Notes under the pieces: model-generated | Told to the model about the DNA's origin: nothing | The model's database searches: none | What the model saw: only the letters and a program-made list of their open reading frames with translations | Shown: positions 1 to 9,848 of the stretch, in pieces | Position numbering within the stretch: the stretch's first letter is position 1 | How the letters are laid out: every line of letters begins with the position of its first letter | Position numbers and translations under genes: made by a program | Assembly (NCBI GenBank): GCA_944387425.1 | Contig: CALXEV010000003.1 | Location: 662-64,661 of the forward strand | Direction: 5' to 3' | DNA from: an uncultured Clostridia bacterium | GTDB taxonomy: Bacteria; Bacillota; Clostridia; TANB77; CAG-508 | DNA: 64,000 bases

Positions 1-548
1 TCTTATCAGAATTAGTTAATTTGTTCATAATATTTCTTACTGCTAAAGGATGCAAAATAGTATCACTATCTATTGTAATAGTATATTCGGTATTTACTTT
101 TTCTAAACCTTTATTAAGAGCATTTGCTTTTCCTCTATGAGGCATTTCTATAATAGTTGTATTAGAGTCTAGATCCATTGATTGCAATACTTCTAAAGTT
201 TCATCTGTTGACCCATCATCTATAATATTTATATAAATATTTCCACAATATTTTTGATTTTTAATTGACACTAAAGTTTCTTTTATTGACTCTTTTGCAT
301 TATATACTGGTATTAATATAGTAACATCTTCATCTTTTCTTGTACATTGTTTCTTTTCTTTTTTATTTAATAACAAACTAATAAAATTAAATAAAAAAAT
401 AAATCCTGGAATAATAGCTATAAATGTTACTAGATAAATTGCAAGAAAATATCCCCAATAGCATGCTATATCATTAATCCAATTAATATTTATGAATATT
501 GAACAGATGGTAAATAACAATGCAAACATAATTGATATTAAAAACATT
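1..548 (-). CDS. Family-2 glycosyltransferase (IcaA/PgaC-like), N-terminal part; the gene runs off the left edge
   Basis: I translated the minus strand from the ATG (complement of cat at 546-548), which has a gaggtg SD upstream. It reads MFLISIMFALLF..(2 TM)..VTILIPVYNAKESIKETL..INIIDDGSTDETLEVL..ITIDSDT. IPVYN, DDGSTD and DSD are GT2 hallmarks. It is absent from the ORF track because the window edge truncates it. Confidence 0.6.
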
Positions 549-643
549 TTATCACCTCACATTATCATATGAAATTGTGGAAAAATGGTGACAAGTGTCG
601 AAAAATATCTAAATTGAATGTGATAAGTTGAGGTGAATTTAAA

Positions 644-1432
644 TTGCATATAAAAAACAAAGTAATAATATTTTTAATAATTATATGTGTTGTGCTTATT
701 GAAGGATTTATTTTTAATCGCTATAAATATAATGAGCGAGCTGATATTAAAGTACCTGTATTACTGTACCATAATTTTGTAACAGAAGTCCCTGATAGCG
801 ATCCTGATAATTTTAACTATATAAATATACCGGAAAGTTTTGAAGAAAATATAAAAACTTTTTTAGAAAATGGATATACAATAATCTCGATGAAAGAATT
901 AGCAGATGCTGATATAGGAAAAACAAAAATCCCAAGTAAACCACTAATAATAACATTTGATGATGGATATTACAGTAACTATGAGTATATCTATCCTATT
1001 TTAAAAAAATATAATATAAAGGCTTCTATTTTTATAGTAACTGATAAGATTTGTCAAGAAATTGATGGAATAAAATATCTTGGATGGGAAGAATGTTTGG
1101 AAATGCAAAACAGTGGTCTTGTAGAAATATTTAGTCATAGTAAAAAGCACCTTTTTTACAATAAACTTCCTGTACGAGAAATTCGTGATGATGTAAAAGA
1201 ATCATATAAGTTAATAGAGGAACATTTAGGAAAACAAGAGTTAAAAGTATTTGCTTATCCATATGGTGCATATACAAAAGAAACAGTAAGAACTCTACAA
1301 AACAACGGAATAGATTTTCAAATATATGATATAGGAATAAATAATTTTAAAACATTAGATAGAGATTTTATTAAACGAATCAATATACATTGTGAGATGA
1401 CTGGACAAGAAATTATAGAAGAAATATTATAA
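644..1432 (+). CDS. Polysaccharide deacetylase (NodB homology domain), membrane anchored
   Basis: TTG start with a gaggtg SD and an N-terminal TM helix. It has the LIITFDDGY and FSHSKKH NodB-type motifs. It is divergent from a GT2 gene, an IcaA/IcaB-like pairing. Confidence 0.8.
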   Translation: MHIKNKVIIFLIIICVVLIEGFIFNRYKYNERADIKVPVLLYHNFVTEVPDSDPDNFNYINIPESFEENIKTFLENGYTIISMKELADADIGKTKIPSKPLIITFDDGYYSNYEYIYPILKKYNIKASIFIVTDKICQEIDGIKYLGWEECLEMQNSGLVEIFSHSKKHLFYNKLPVREIRDDVKESYKLIEEHLGKQELKVFAYPYGAYTKETVRTLQNNGIDFQIYDIGINNFKTLDRDFIKRINIHCEMTGQEIIEEIL

Positions 1433-1497
1433 AATGAAATCATAGTGATATATACAACTATTTGCAAAACCGGTAATTTGAGCTTTTTTATGAAAAA

Positions 1498-1514
1498 TGT
1501 GAAAGTTTTGTGAA
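1498..1514 (+). promoter_or_regulatory. TGTGAA-N5-TGTGAA direct repeat upstream of the hsp20 promoter
   Basis: Hexamers lie at 1498-1503 and 1509-1514 (11-bp period). The surrounding 25 nt (1490-1514, atgaaaaatgtgaaagttttgtgaa) match the groES upstream site at 23 of 25 positions. Confidence 0.5.
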
Positions 1515-1516
1515 TT

Positions 1517-1559
1517 TTAGCACTCTACTATTGACATTGCTAAAAATAAGATATATAAT
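1517..1559 (+). promoter_or_regulatory. hsp20 sigma-A-type promoter overlapping a CIRCE-like inverted repeat
   Basis: ttagcactc-N9-cattgctaa at 1517-1543, compared with the CIRCE consensus TTAGCACTC-N9-GAGTGCTAA, matches 9/9 in the left half and 7/9 in the right. TTGACA lies at 1531-1536, then a 17-nt spacer, then TATAAT at 1554-1559. Confidence 0.5.
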
Positions 1560-1654
1560 TACCTCAGTAATAGGAATTAACCAAAAGGTTAATACTATAA
1601 ATGTGAAAACCTAAAAGGTGTCAACACATAAAAATTATAAGGAGGTAATGTATT

Positions 1655-2068
1655 ATGATGATGATACCAAGAAGAAATGGATTAGATATTTTTGATGATG
1701 TTTTCAGTGATCCATTTTTCACTCAAAAAGAAAACAAATTAATGAAAACAGATGTCAAAGAAAAAGATGGAAATTACATTTTGGAAATAGACATACCAGG
1801 ATATGATAAAGATGACATCCAAATAGAATTCAATGATGGATATATCACAGTAACAGCAACAAAGAATGAAGAAAAAGAAGATAAACATGCTAAATATCTA
1901 AAGAGAGAAAGATTCTCAGGAGCATGCTCAAGAAGCTATTATGCTGGTGAAAATCTAAAAGAAGAAGATATTAAAGCAAACTTCAAAAACGGAATTTTAA
2001 CAATAGTATTTCCAAAAGAACCAGAACAAAAAATTGAAGAAAAGAAATATATTCCAATCGGAGAATAG
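1655..2068 (+). CDS. Small heat-shock protein, Hsp20/alpha-crystallin family
   Basis: The alpha-crystallin domain pattern is present (DVKEKDGNYILEIDIPGYDKDDIQIEF..GILTIVFPK), with an aggagg SD upstream. Confidence 0.9.
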   Translation: MMMIPRRNGLDIFDDVFSDPFFTQKENKLMKTDVKEKDGNYILEIDIPGYDKDDIQIEFNDGYITVTATKNEEKEDKHAKYLKRERFSGACSRSYYAGENLKEEDIKANFKNGILTIVFPKEPEQKIEEKKYIPIGE

Positions 2069-2071
2069 AAA

Positions 2072-2105
2072 AAAAGATGCTCTAGAAAATAGAGCATCTT
2101 TTATA
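2072..2105 (+). terminator. Rho-independent terminator after hsp20
   Basis: Stem agatgctct (2075-2083) pairs with agagcatct (2091-2099), followed by a T-run. Confidence 0.8.
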
Positions 2106-2154
2106 TTGCCAAAAAACGATTAATATGATATGCTAACAAATCATAGGAGGCAAT

Positions 2155-2793
2155 ATGAAAGTAATAGAATTTATAAGAAAAAATTTGAAATGGTTTATTG
2201 TATTTATATGCTTAATATTAGTAATTGGAATATTAGAAGATGTTTTAGAAGATGAAATTTTAAAACTAGATATTTATGGTTATGATTTAGTATCAAAGTT
2301 TTTAATTTCTGATTTTGTAACACCAATCGCTAAAAATATAACACACTTAGGAGGAGCAATTTTTTTAATTACACTATCATTAATTTTGTTACTAATAATA
2401 AAAAATAAAAAAATTGGAATATTAATTTGGCTTAACCTAGGAATATCAGTGTTATTAAATCAAGCACTAAAATTCATTATACAAAGACCAAGACCAACAG
2501 AATTTAGAATAATAAATGAAAGTGGATATAGCTTTCCTTCTGGACACTCAATGGTAAGTGCAGCTTTTTATGGATTTCTAATTTATTTAATTTATAAAAA
2601 TGTAAAAAATAAATATTTAAAATGGAGCCTAATTACACTATTGAGCCTAGTAATTTTAACAATTGGAATAAGTAGAATTTACTTAGGAGTACATTATACA
2701 AGTGATGTAATTGCAGGATTTTTAATATCAATTTCATATTTAATTATTTTTATTCACTTTGCAAAAGACTTTATGAAAAATGAACAAAAATAA
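2155..2793 (+). CDS. PAP2-family phosphatase (BcrC/undecaprenyl-diphosphatase-like) membrane protein
   Basis: All three PAP2 motifs are present: KFIIQRPRP, PSGHS and SRIYLGVHYTSD. It has multiple TM helices. Confidence 0.8.
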   Translation: MKVIEFIRKNLKWFIVFICLILVIGILEDVLEDEILKLDIYGYDLVSKFLISDFVTPIAKNITHLGGAIFLITLSLILLLIIKNKKIGILIWLNLGISVLLNQALKFIIQRPRPTEFRIINESGYSFPSGHSMVSAAFYGFLIYLIYKNVKNKYLKWSLITLLSLVILTIGISRIYLGVHYTSDVIAGFLISISYLIIFIHFAKDFMKNEQK

Positions 2794-2802
2794 TAAAAAC
2801 TA

Positions 2803-2905
2803 TTGAAAAAACTAGAAAAGTATGGTATTATAAGAATATGTTCAAATAGATTAAAAAAAAACCCAATTTGCAGTTTTTGTTTTAATCTATTTTTTTTATT
2901 TTTAT
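2803..2905 (+). promoter_or_regulatory. pyrG promoter and leader hairpin with a U-tract (candidate attenuator)
   Basis: TTGAAA lies at 2803-2808, then a 17-nt spacer, then TGgTATTAT (2823-2831). A 12-bp stem pairs aaatagattaaa (2844-2855) with tttaatctattt (2881-2892), followed by a T-run and then the pyrG SD. Confidence 0.45.
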
Positions 2906-2933
2906 GCAAATGGGTCAATAGGAGGAAAAATAA

Positions 2934-4541
2934 ATGAACACAAAGTATGTATTTGTAACAGGAGGAGTAGTATCAGGATTAGGAAAAGGAATAACAGCAG
3001 CATCACTTGGTAGATTACTAAAGAATAGAGGGTATAAAGTAACAATTCAAAAATTTGACCCATATATAAATGTAGACCCAGGAACAATGAGCCCATATGA
3101 ACATGGAGAAGTTTTTGTAACAGATGATGGAGCAGAGACTGACTTAGATTTAGGACATTATGAAAGATTTATTGATGAAAATTTAACTCAAAATTCAAGT
3201 GTAACTATGGGAAAAATATATTCAAATGTTATAGAAAAAGAAAGAAGAGGAGATTATTTAGGAAAAACTGTACAAGTTATTCCACATATAACAAATGAAA
3301 TAAAAGAAAAAATATATAGTTTTGAAGATACTGACACAGATATTGTTATTACAGAAGTTGGAGGAACAGTAGGTGATATTGAAGGATTATCAATAATAGA
3401 AGCAATTCGTCAAGTTGGCCTTGAAAAAAATCCAGAAGATGTAGTATATATACATGTAACTTTATTACCATATGTATTTGGTTCAAATGAAATAAAATCA
3501 AAGCCAACTCAACACTCTGTAAAAGAATTACAAAGTCATGGAATAATGCCTAATATATTAGTTTGTAGAACCGAACAAGATATTCCAGATAATATAAGAG
3601 AAAAGCTTGCGCTATTTTGCAATGTTAGAAAAACAAGTGTAATTCAAAATAAAACAGCAGATAACTTATATGCTGTTCCACTAATGTTAGAAGAAGAAGG
3701 ACTAGCAAGAGAAGTATGCAATCACCTTAGATTGGACAAATATGTACCAGATAATAGAGAATGGCAAAAAATGATAGATAACATAAGAGAAATTGGAGAT
3801 GAAAGTGTTAATATTGCAATTGTAGGAAAGTATATTAAATTAGAAGATTCATATCTATCAGTAATAGAAAGTTTACACCATGCAGGATTTGCAAATAAAG
3901 TAAAAGTTAATATAAAACTAATTGATAGTGAAACAATAAACTCAGAGAATGTAAGTAAAAAGCTTGCAGATTTAGACGGAATAATAGTACCTGGTGGATT
4001 TGGAAACAGGGGAATAGAAGGAAAAATAGAAACAATAAGATATGCAAGAGAAAATAATATACCATTTTTAGGAATATGCTTAGGAATGCAAATGGCTGTT
4101 GTAGAATTTGCGAGAAATGTTTTAGGATTAAAAGATGCAAATTCAGCTGAATTTAGTGAAACAACTCAAAATCCAGTAATTCATATAATGGAAGATCAAA
4201 AAGGAATAGACAAAAAAGGTGGAACAATGAGATTAGGAGCATATCCATGCATATTAAAAGATGGAAGTATGGCAAAAGAATTATATGGAACAGAAAAAAT
4301 TTCTGAAAGACATAGACATAGATTTGAATATAATAATGATTATAAAGAAAGATTAGAAAATGCAGGATTTATATGTTCTGGAACATCACCAGATGGAAAA
4401 TTAGTTGAAATTGTAGAATATAGACAACATCCATATTTCATAGCAGGACAATTCCATCCTGAATTAAAATCTAGACCAAATAGACCTGCACCACTATTTG
4501 TGGGACTAGTTAAAGCAGCAAAATCACATAAACAAATATAG
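2934..4541 (+). CDS. pyrG: CTP synthase
   Basis: The N-terminus [26 protein letters not shown] and the glutaminase-domain motif GICLGMQ are present in a full-length 535-aa protein. Confidence 0.97.
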   Translation: MNTKYVFVTGGVVSGLGKGITAASLGRLLKNRGYKVTIQKFDPYINVDPGTMSPYEHGEVFVTDDGAETDLDLGHYERFIDENLTQNSSVTMGKIYSNVIEKERRGDYLGKTVQVIPHITNEIKEKIYSFEDTDTDIVITEVGGTVGDIEGLSIIEAIRQVGLEKNPEDVVYIHVTLLPYVFGSNEIKSKPTQHSVKELQSHGIMPNILVCRTEQDIPDNIREKLALFCNVRKTSVIQNKTADNLYAVPLMLEEEGLAREVCNHLRLDKYVPDNREWQKMIDNIREIGDESVNIAIVGKYIKLEDSYLSVIESLHHAGFANKVKVNIKLIDSETINSENVSKKLADLDGIIVPGGFGNRGIEGKIETIRYARENNIPFLGICLGMQMAVVEFARNVLGLKDANSAEFSETTQNPVIHIMEDQKGIDKKGGTMRLGAYPCILKDGSMAKELYGTEKISERHRHRFEYNNDYKERLENAGFICSGTSPDGKLVEIVEYRQHPYFIAGQFHPELKSRPNRPAPLFVGLVKAAKSHKQI

Positions 4542-4552
4542 GAGATGAGATA

Positions 4553-4987
4553 ATGCAAAATTTAATGGAAGTAGTTGGTTCAATGTTTTTCAAAGATGGA
4601 AAATTACTTATAGATAAACCTCGTTCAAAAAAGACTTTTCAAATGATTGGCGGAAAAGTAGAAAAAGGAGAAACAATAAAAGAAGCTGCTATAAGAGAAT
4701 GCCACGAAGAATTAGGAGAAAAAGCAATTTTTGATGAAGAAAAACTAGAATTTGTAATGGATTTTGAAGAAATTGCAACAAGTGATCCAAGTAGAAAAAT
4801 TCATATGAATATTTTTAGATATAATGGTGAGTTGAAAGGCGAACTAACCGTTTCAGAAGAAATAGAAAAATTTATGTGGTTTGGAGCAGATGACAATAGA
4901 GATTTATTGTCAAACACTTTAAAAAATGAAATAGTTCCATATTGTATAAAAAATGGACTTATAACAAATAAAGAACAAGAAAGATAA
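4553..4987 (+). CDS. NUDIX hydrolase
   Basis: The Nudix box GGKVEKGETIKEAAIRECHEELG is present. Confidence 0.8.
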   Translation: MQNLMEVVGSMFFKDGKLLIDKPRSKKTFQMIGGKVEKGETIKEAAIRECHEELGEKAIFDEEKLEFVMDFEEIATSDPSRKIHMNIFRYNGELKGELTVSEEIEKFMWFGADDNRDLLSNTLKNEIVPYCIKNGLITNKEQER

Positions 4988-4993
4988 AAAAAA

Positions 4994-5030
4994 AAGAGAT
5001 ATTACTAAAATTAAGTAATATCTCCTTTTT
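4994..5030 (+). terminator. Rho-independent terminator after the NUDIX gene
   Basis: Stem gagatattact (4996-5006) pairs with agtaatatctc (5014-5024), followed by a T-run. Confidence 0.75.
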
Positions 5031-5049
5031 AGTTCTAAATGCATAGCAA

Positions 5050-5093
5050 TGTGAATATAATAATTTGAATGAAAAATGTGAATATTTTGTGAA
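5050..5093 (+). promoter_or_regulatory. TGTGAA repeats upstream of the groES promoter
   Basis: TGTGAA occurs at 5050-5055, 5077-5082 and 5088-5093. The last two are 11 bp apart and end 15 nt before the -35. Confidence 0.5.
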
Positions 5094-5108
5094 AATTTAA
5101 TAAAAGTA

Positions 5109-5165
5109 TTGACAAAGGATAAAATAGGGTATATATTATTAGCAGTCAAACAAAAAGAGTGCTAA
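5109..5165 (+). promoter_or_regulatory. groESL sigma-A promoter plus CIRCE (HrcA operator)
   Basis: TTGACA lies at 5109-5114, then a 17-nt spacer, then TATATT at 5132-5137. CIRCE ttagcagtc-N9-gagtgctaa lies at 5139-5165 and matches the consensus at 17/18 positions. Confidence 0.85.
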
Positions 5166-5197
5166 AAACTCTGGATTGTTTAAAGAAAGGAATGTGA

Positions 5198-7155
<1,958 letters not shown>

Positions 7156-7169
7156 AATATAAAAAATAT

Positions 7170-7198
7170 TTGCAAAAAATGTAAATTTATGATATAAT
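7170..7198 (+). promoter_or_regulatory. Near-consensus extended -10 promoter in front of the GC-rich micro-ORF
   Basis: TTGCAA lies at 7170-7175, then a 17-nt spacer, then TGaTATAAT at 7190-7198. A 17-nt palindrome ccaagcaagttgcttgg follows at 7209-7225. Confidence 0.55.
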
Positions 7199-7249
7199 AA
7201 AATTTGAACCAAGCAAGTTGCTTGGACAAATTTTAGGAGGTAAAACACT

Positions 7250-7396
7250 ATGGTAACGGACATCAAGAACATCATGATTGTGGAAATCGGTGGCGTGGAG
7301 TACTATGCTCCGTCGATTCTGCCGACGAACAGGGAATGGTTTGAAGCCGAGAAATTGGCTGCGAGCCTGAACCGTCAGAAGTTCTTCGAAGAGTAA
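7250..7396 (+). CDS. 48-aa hypothetical protein encoded by a compositionally foreign (about 49% GC) micro-ORF
   Basis: I translated this by hand: MVTDIKNIMIVEIGGVEYYAPSILPTNREWFEAEKLAASLNRQKFFEE. AGGAGG lies at 7235-7240, 9 nt before the ATG. I count 72 G+C in 147 nt. Its codons (CTG, CCG, ACG, GGC, GTG, ATC) are ones the neighbouring genes avoid. It is below the ORF-track length cutoff. Confidence 0.45.
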   Translation: MVTDIKNIMIVEIGGVEYYAPSILPTNREWFEAEKLAASLNRQKFFEE

Positions 7397-7402
7397 TACC
7401 TA

Positions 7403-7440
7403 GAAGGAGCCCTGCGTAATGCAGGGGTCCTTCGTTTTAT
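7403..7440 (+). terminator. GC-rich rho-independent terminator after the micro-ORF
   Basis: gaaggagccctgc (7403-7415) pairs with gcaggggtccttc (7421-7433), a 13-bp stem with one mismatch, followed by gttttat. Confidence 0.8.
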
Positions 7441-7469
7441 TCTTTTTTCTCTATATCAATTTATTTGAA

Positions 7470-7555
7470 TTCATTATATATTAATATTTTTTGGCAAAAC
7501 ATATCTAGGGTGTAACAATCAGGGTCTTGCCTTTAAAATATTAATATATAATGAA
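7470..7555. repeat. 86-nt hairpin with 21-bp perfect inverted-repeat arms
   Basis: ttcattatatattaatatttt (7470-7490) is the exact reverse complement of aaaatattaatatataatgaa (7535-7555). An inner 8-bp stem pairs ggcaaaac (7493-7500) with gtcttgcc (7524-7531) with one mismatch. Confidence 0.7.
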
Positions 7556-7668
7556 CTTAAATTATCATATATAGATAAGAAAGATATGTAAAACACTTGC
7601 TTTTTTCCATGTTTTAGAGTATAATCAAATACGTAAAAATCGGACTATTAATAAGGAAGGAAAATAAA

Positions 7669-9423
7669 ATGAAAGCAATTGAAATTAGAAATAAATATTT
7701 AAACTTTTTTAAACAACATGGACATACTATAATACCATCTGCTCCATTAATTCCAGAGAACGATCCATCAGTATTATTTACAACAGCAGGAATGCAACCA
7801 TTAGTTCCATATTTATTAGGTGAACCACATCCAGCAGGACGTAGATTAACAGATTATCAAAAATGTGTAAGAACAAATGACATAGAAGAAGTTGGAGATA
7901 ATCGTCATTTAACATATTTTGAAATGCTTGGAAACTGGTCATTAGGTGACTATTTTAAAGAAGAATCTATCCAAATGAGTTATGACTTCTTAACAAAAGA
8001 ATTAAACATACCAGCTGAAAAAATATCAGTAACATGTTTTGCAGGAGACGAAGATTGCCCAAGAGATACAGTTACTGCAGAATGTTGGAAAAAAGCTGGA
8101 ATACCAGAAGAAAGAATATATTATTTTGGAAAAGATGACAACTGGTGGATAGCAGGAGAAGAAGGACCATGTGGACCAGATACAGAAATGTTTTATGATA
8201 CAGGAAAACCAAAATGCTCTGAACATTGTGATCCATCATGTGGTTGTGGTAAATATGTGGAAATTTGGAATAATGTATTTATGGAATATTTCAAAGACAA
8301 AGATGGAAAATATACAAAATTAAAACAACACAATGTAGATACAGGGCTTGGATTAGAAAGAATGACAATGCTATTACAAGGCAAAGAAACTCCATTTGAA
8401 ACTGAATTATTTGCGCCAGTAATGGACAAACTAATAGAGCTACAAAAAGTTGATAATATAGCAAGTAGAAGAATAATTGCAGAACATTTGCGTTCAAGTA
8501 TGATGATTATATGTGATGGTGGAAGACCAAGCAATATAGATAGAGGATATATTTTAAGAAGATTAATTCGTAGAATGATAAGACATATGAACAAATTACA
8601 AATATCTTTGGAAGAATTATCCACATTAATAGACATAAATGTGGATAACTTAAAAGAAATGTACCCTGCACTTGAAACAAATAAAGAAACTATAAAATCA
8701 GTAATAATAGAAGAAAAAGATAAATTTGTAAAAACTTTAACAAAAGGAGAAAAAGAATTTTACAAAGAAATAGAAAATGTAAAAAAACAAGGAAGCAATA
8801 TTGTACCTGGAGAAATGGTATTTAGATTATATGACACATATGGATTTCCACCAGAAGTTACAAAAGAATTAGCTTCTGAAAATGGAATGGATATTGACAA
8901 AGAAAAATTTGACGAATTATTTAAAAAGCATCAAGAAAAATCAAGAGCAGGAGCTGAACAAAAATTTAAAGGAGGACTTGCTTCAACAGGTGAGATGGAA
9001 ACAAAATATCATACAGCAACACATCTTTTAAATGCAGCATTAAAACAAGTGCTTGGTGCACATGTTCATCAAAGAGGAAGTAACATTACAGCAGAAAGAA
9101 TGAGATTTGATTTTTCACATCCAGCAAAAATGACAGATGAAGAAAAACAAAAAACTGAAGATTTAGTAAATGAATGGATTAAAGAAGCAATTCCAGTAGA
9201 ACATCTAGAAATGAAAAAAGATGATGCAATACGTGCAGGTGCAGAAGCAATGTTCATTGAAAAATATGGAGATATAGTATCTGTATATAAAATAGGAGAT
9301 AAATCAATTGAATTATGTGGAGGCCCTCATGTAAAAAATACATCTGAACTAGGTCATTTCAAAATAAAAAAAGAAGAATCAAGTTCATCAGGAGTTAGAA
9401 GAATAAAAGCTGTTTTAGAATAA
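7669..9423 (+). CDS. alaS: Alanine--tRNA ligase, short form (584 aa, no C-Ala domain)
   Basis: The class II catalytic core is present (LFTTAGMQPLVPYLLG, FEMLGNWSLGDYFK), as are the editing-domain motifs HTATHLL and CGGPHV. The protein ends right after GVRRIKAVLE. A promoter lies upstream: TTGCTT (7597-7602), 17-nt spacer, TATAAT (7620-7625). Confidence 0.85.
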   Translation: MKAIEIRNKYLNFFKQHGHTIIPSAPLIPENDPSVLFTTAGMQPLVPYLLGEPHPAGRRLTDYQKCVRTNDIEEVGDNRHLTYFEMLGNWSLGDYFKEESIQMSYDFLTKELNIPAEKISVTCFAGDEDCPRDTVTAECWKKAGIPEERIYYFGKDDNWWIAGEEGPCGPDTEMFYDTGKPKCSEHCDPSCGCGKYVEIWNNVFMEYFKDKDGKYTKLKQHNVDTGLGLERMTMLLQGKETPFETELFAPVMDKLIELQKVDNIASRRIIAEHLRSSMMIICDGGRPSNIDRGYILRRLIRRMIRHMNKLQISLEELSTLIDINVDNLKEMYPALETNKETIKSVIIEEKDKFVKTLTKGEKEFYKEIENVKKQGSNIVPGEMVFRLYDTYGFPPEVTKELASENGMDIDKEKFDELFKKHQEKSRAGAEQKFKGGLASTGEMETKYHTATHLLNAALKQVLGAHVHQRGSNITAERMRFDFSHPAKMTDEEKQKTEDLVNEWIKEAIPVEHLEMKKDDAIRAGAEAMFIEKYGDIVSVYKIGDKSIELCGGPHVKNTSELGHFKIKKEESSSSGVRRIKAVLE

Positions 9424-9434
9424 AGGAGATAATT

Positions 9435-9782
9435 ATGGAAGATAATTGTGTTTTTTGTAAAATCATAAAAGGAGAAATTCCTTCAAGTAAAGTATATGAA
9501 GATGAAGAAATTATAGCATTTAATGATATAAATCCAGCTGCACCAATACATGTATTAGTAGTTCCTAAAAAACATATAGAATCATTAGCTAAAATGGAAG
9601 AAGGAGACGAAAAAATAATAAGTAAAGTGTATAAAATAATAAATGACATTGCAGAAAAACAAGGTTTTAAAGAAAAAGGATATAGAGTAATTGTTAATTG
9701 TGGAAAAGATGGAGGGCAAGAAGTACCACATTTACACTTTCATTTACTAGCAGGAAAACAATTAGGCGATAAAATTGTATAA
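9435..9782 (+). CDS. HIT-family (histidine triad) nucleotide hydrolase
   Basis: The C-terminal histidine triad HLHFHLL is present, in a HinT-like protein of 115 aa. Confidence 0.9.
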   Translation: MEDNCVFCKIIKGEIPSSKVYEDEEIIAFNDINPAAPIHVLVVPKKHIESLAKMEEGDEKIISKVYKIINDIAEKQGFKEKGYRVIVNCGKDGGQEVPHLHFHLLAGKQLGDKIV

Positions 9783-9848
9783 AAGACTACCAATTTATTC
9801 AAAAATGTGATATAATAGTAATAGAGATTAAAATGGAGGTAAAAAACC

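Noticed and set aside
577-600. A GTG-periodic motif (tgtgga..tggtga..agtgtc) in the GT2/deacetylase divergent region, resembling MraZ boxes or the TGTGAA repeats.
   Set aside because: The spacing is irregular (10 and 8 nt) and the hexamers are degenerate. I could not distinguish it from chance.
7441-7668. The T-box leader expected upstream of alaS.
   Set aside because: I looked for the specifier-loop and T-box consensus (..AGGGTGGTACCGCG..) and for a terminator/antiterminator pair. Only a loose tagggtgtaac is present, inside the 86-nt hairpin, and the predicted alaS promoter lies downstream of it. I cannot support a T-box call, and cmscan would settle it.
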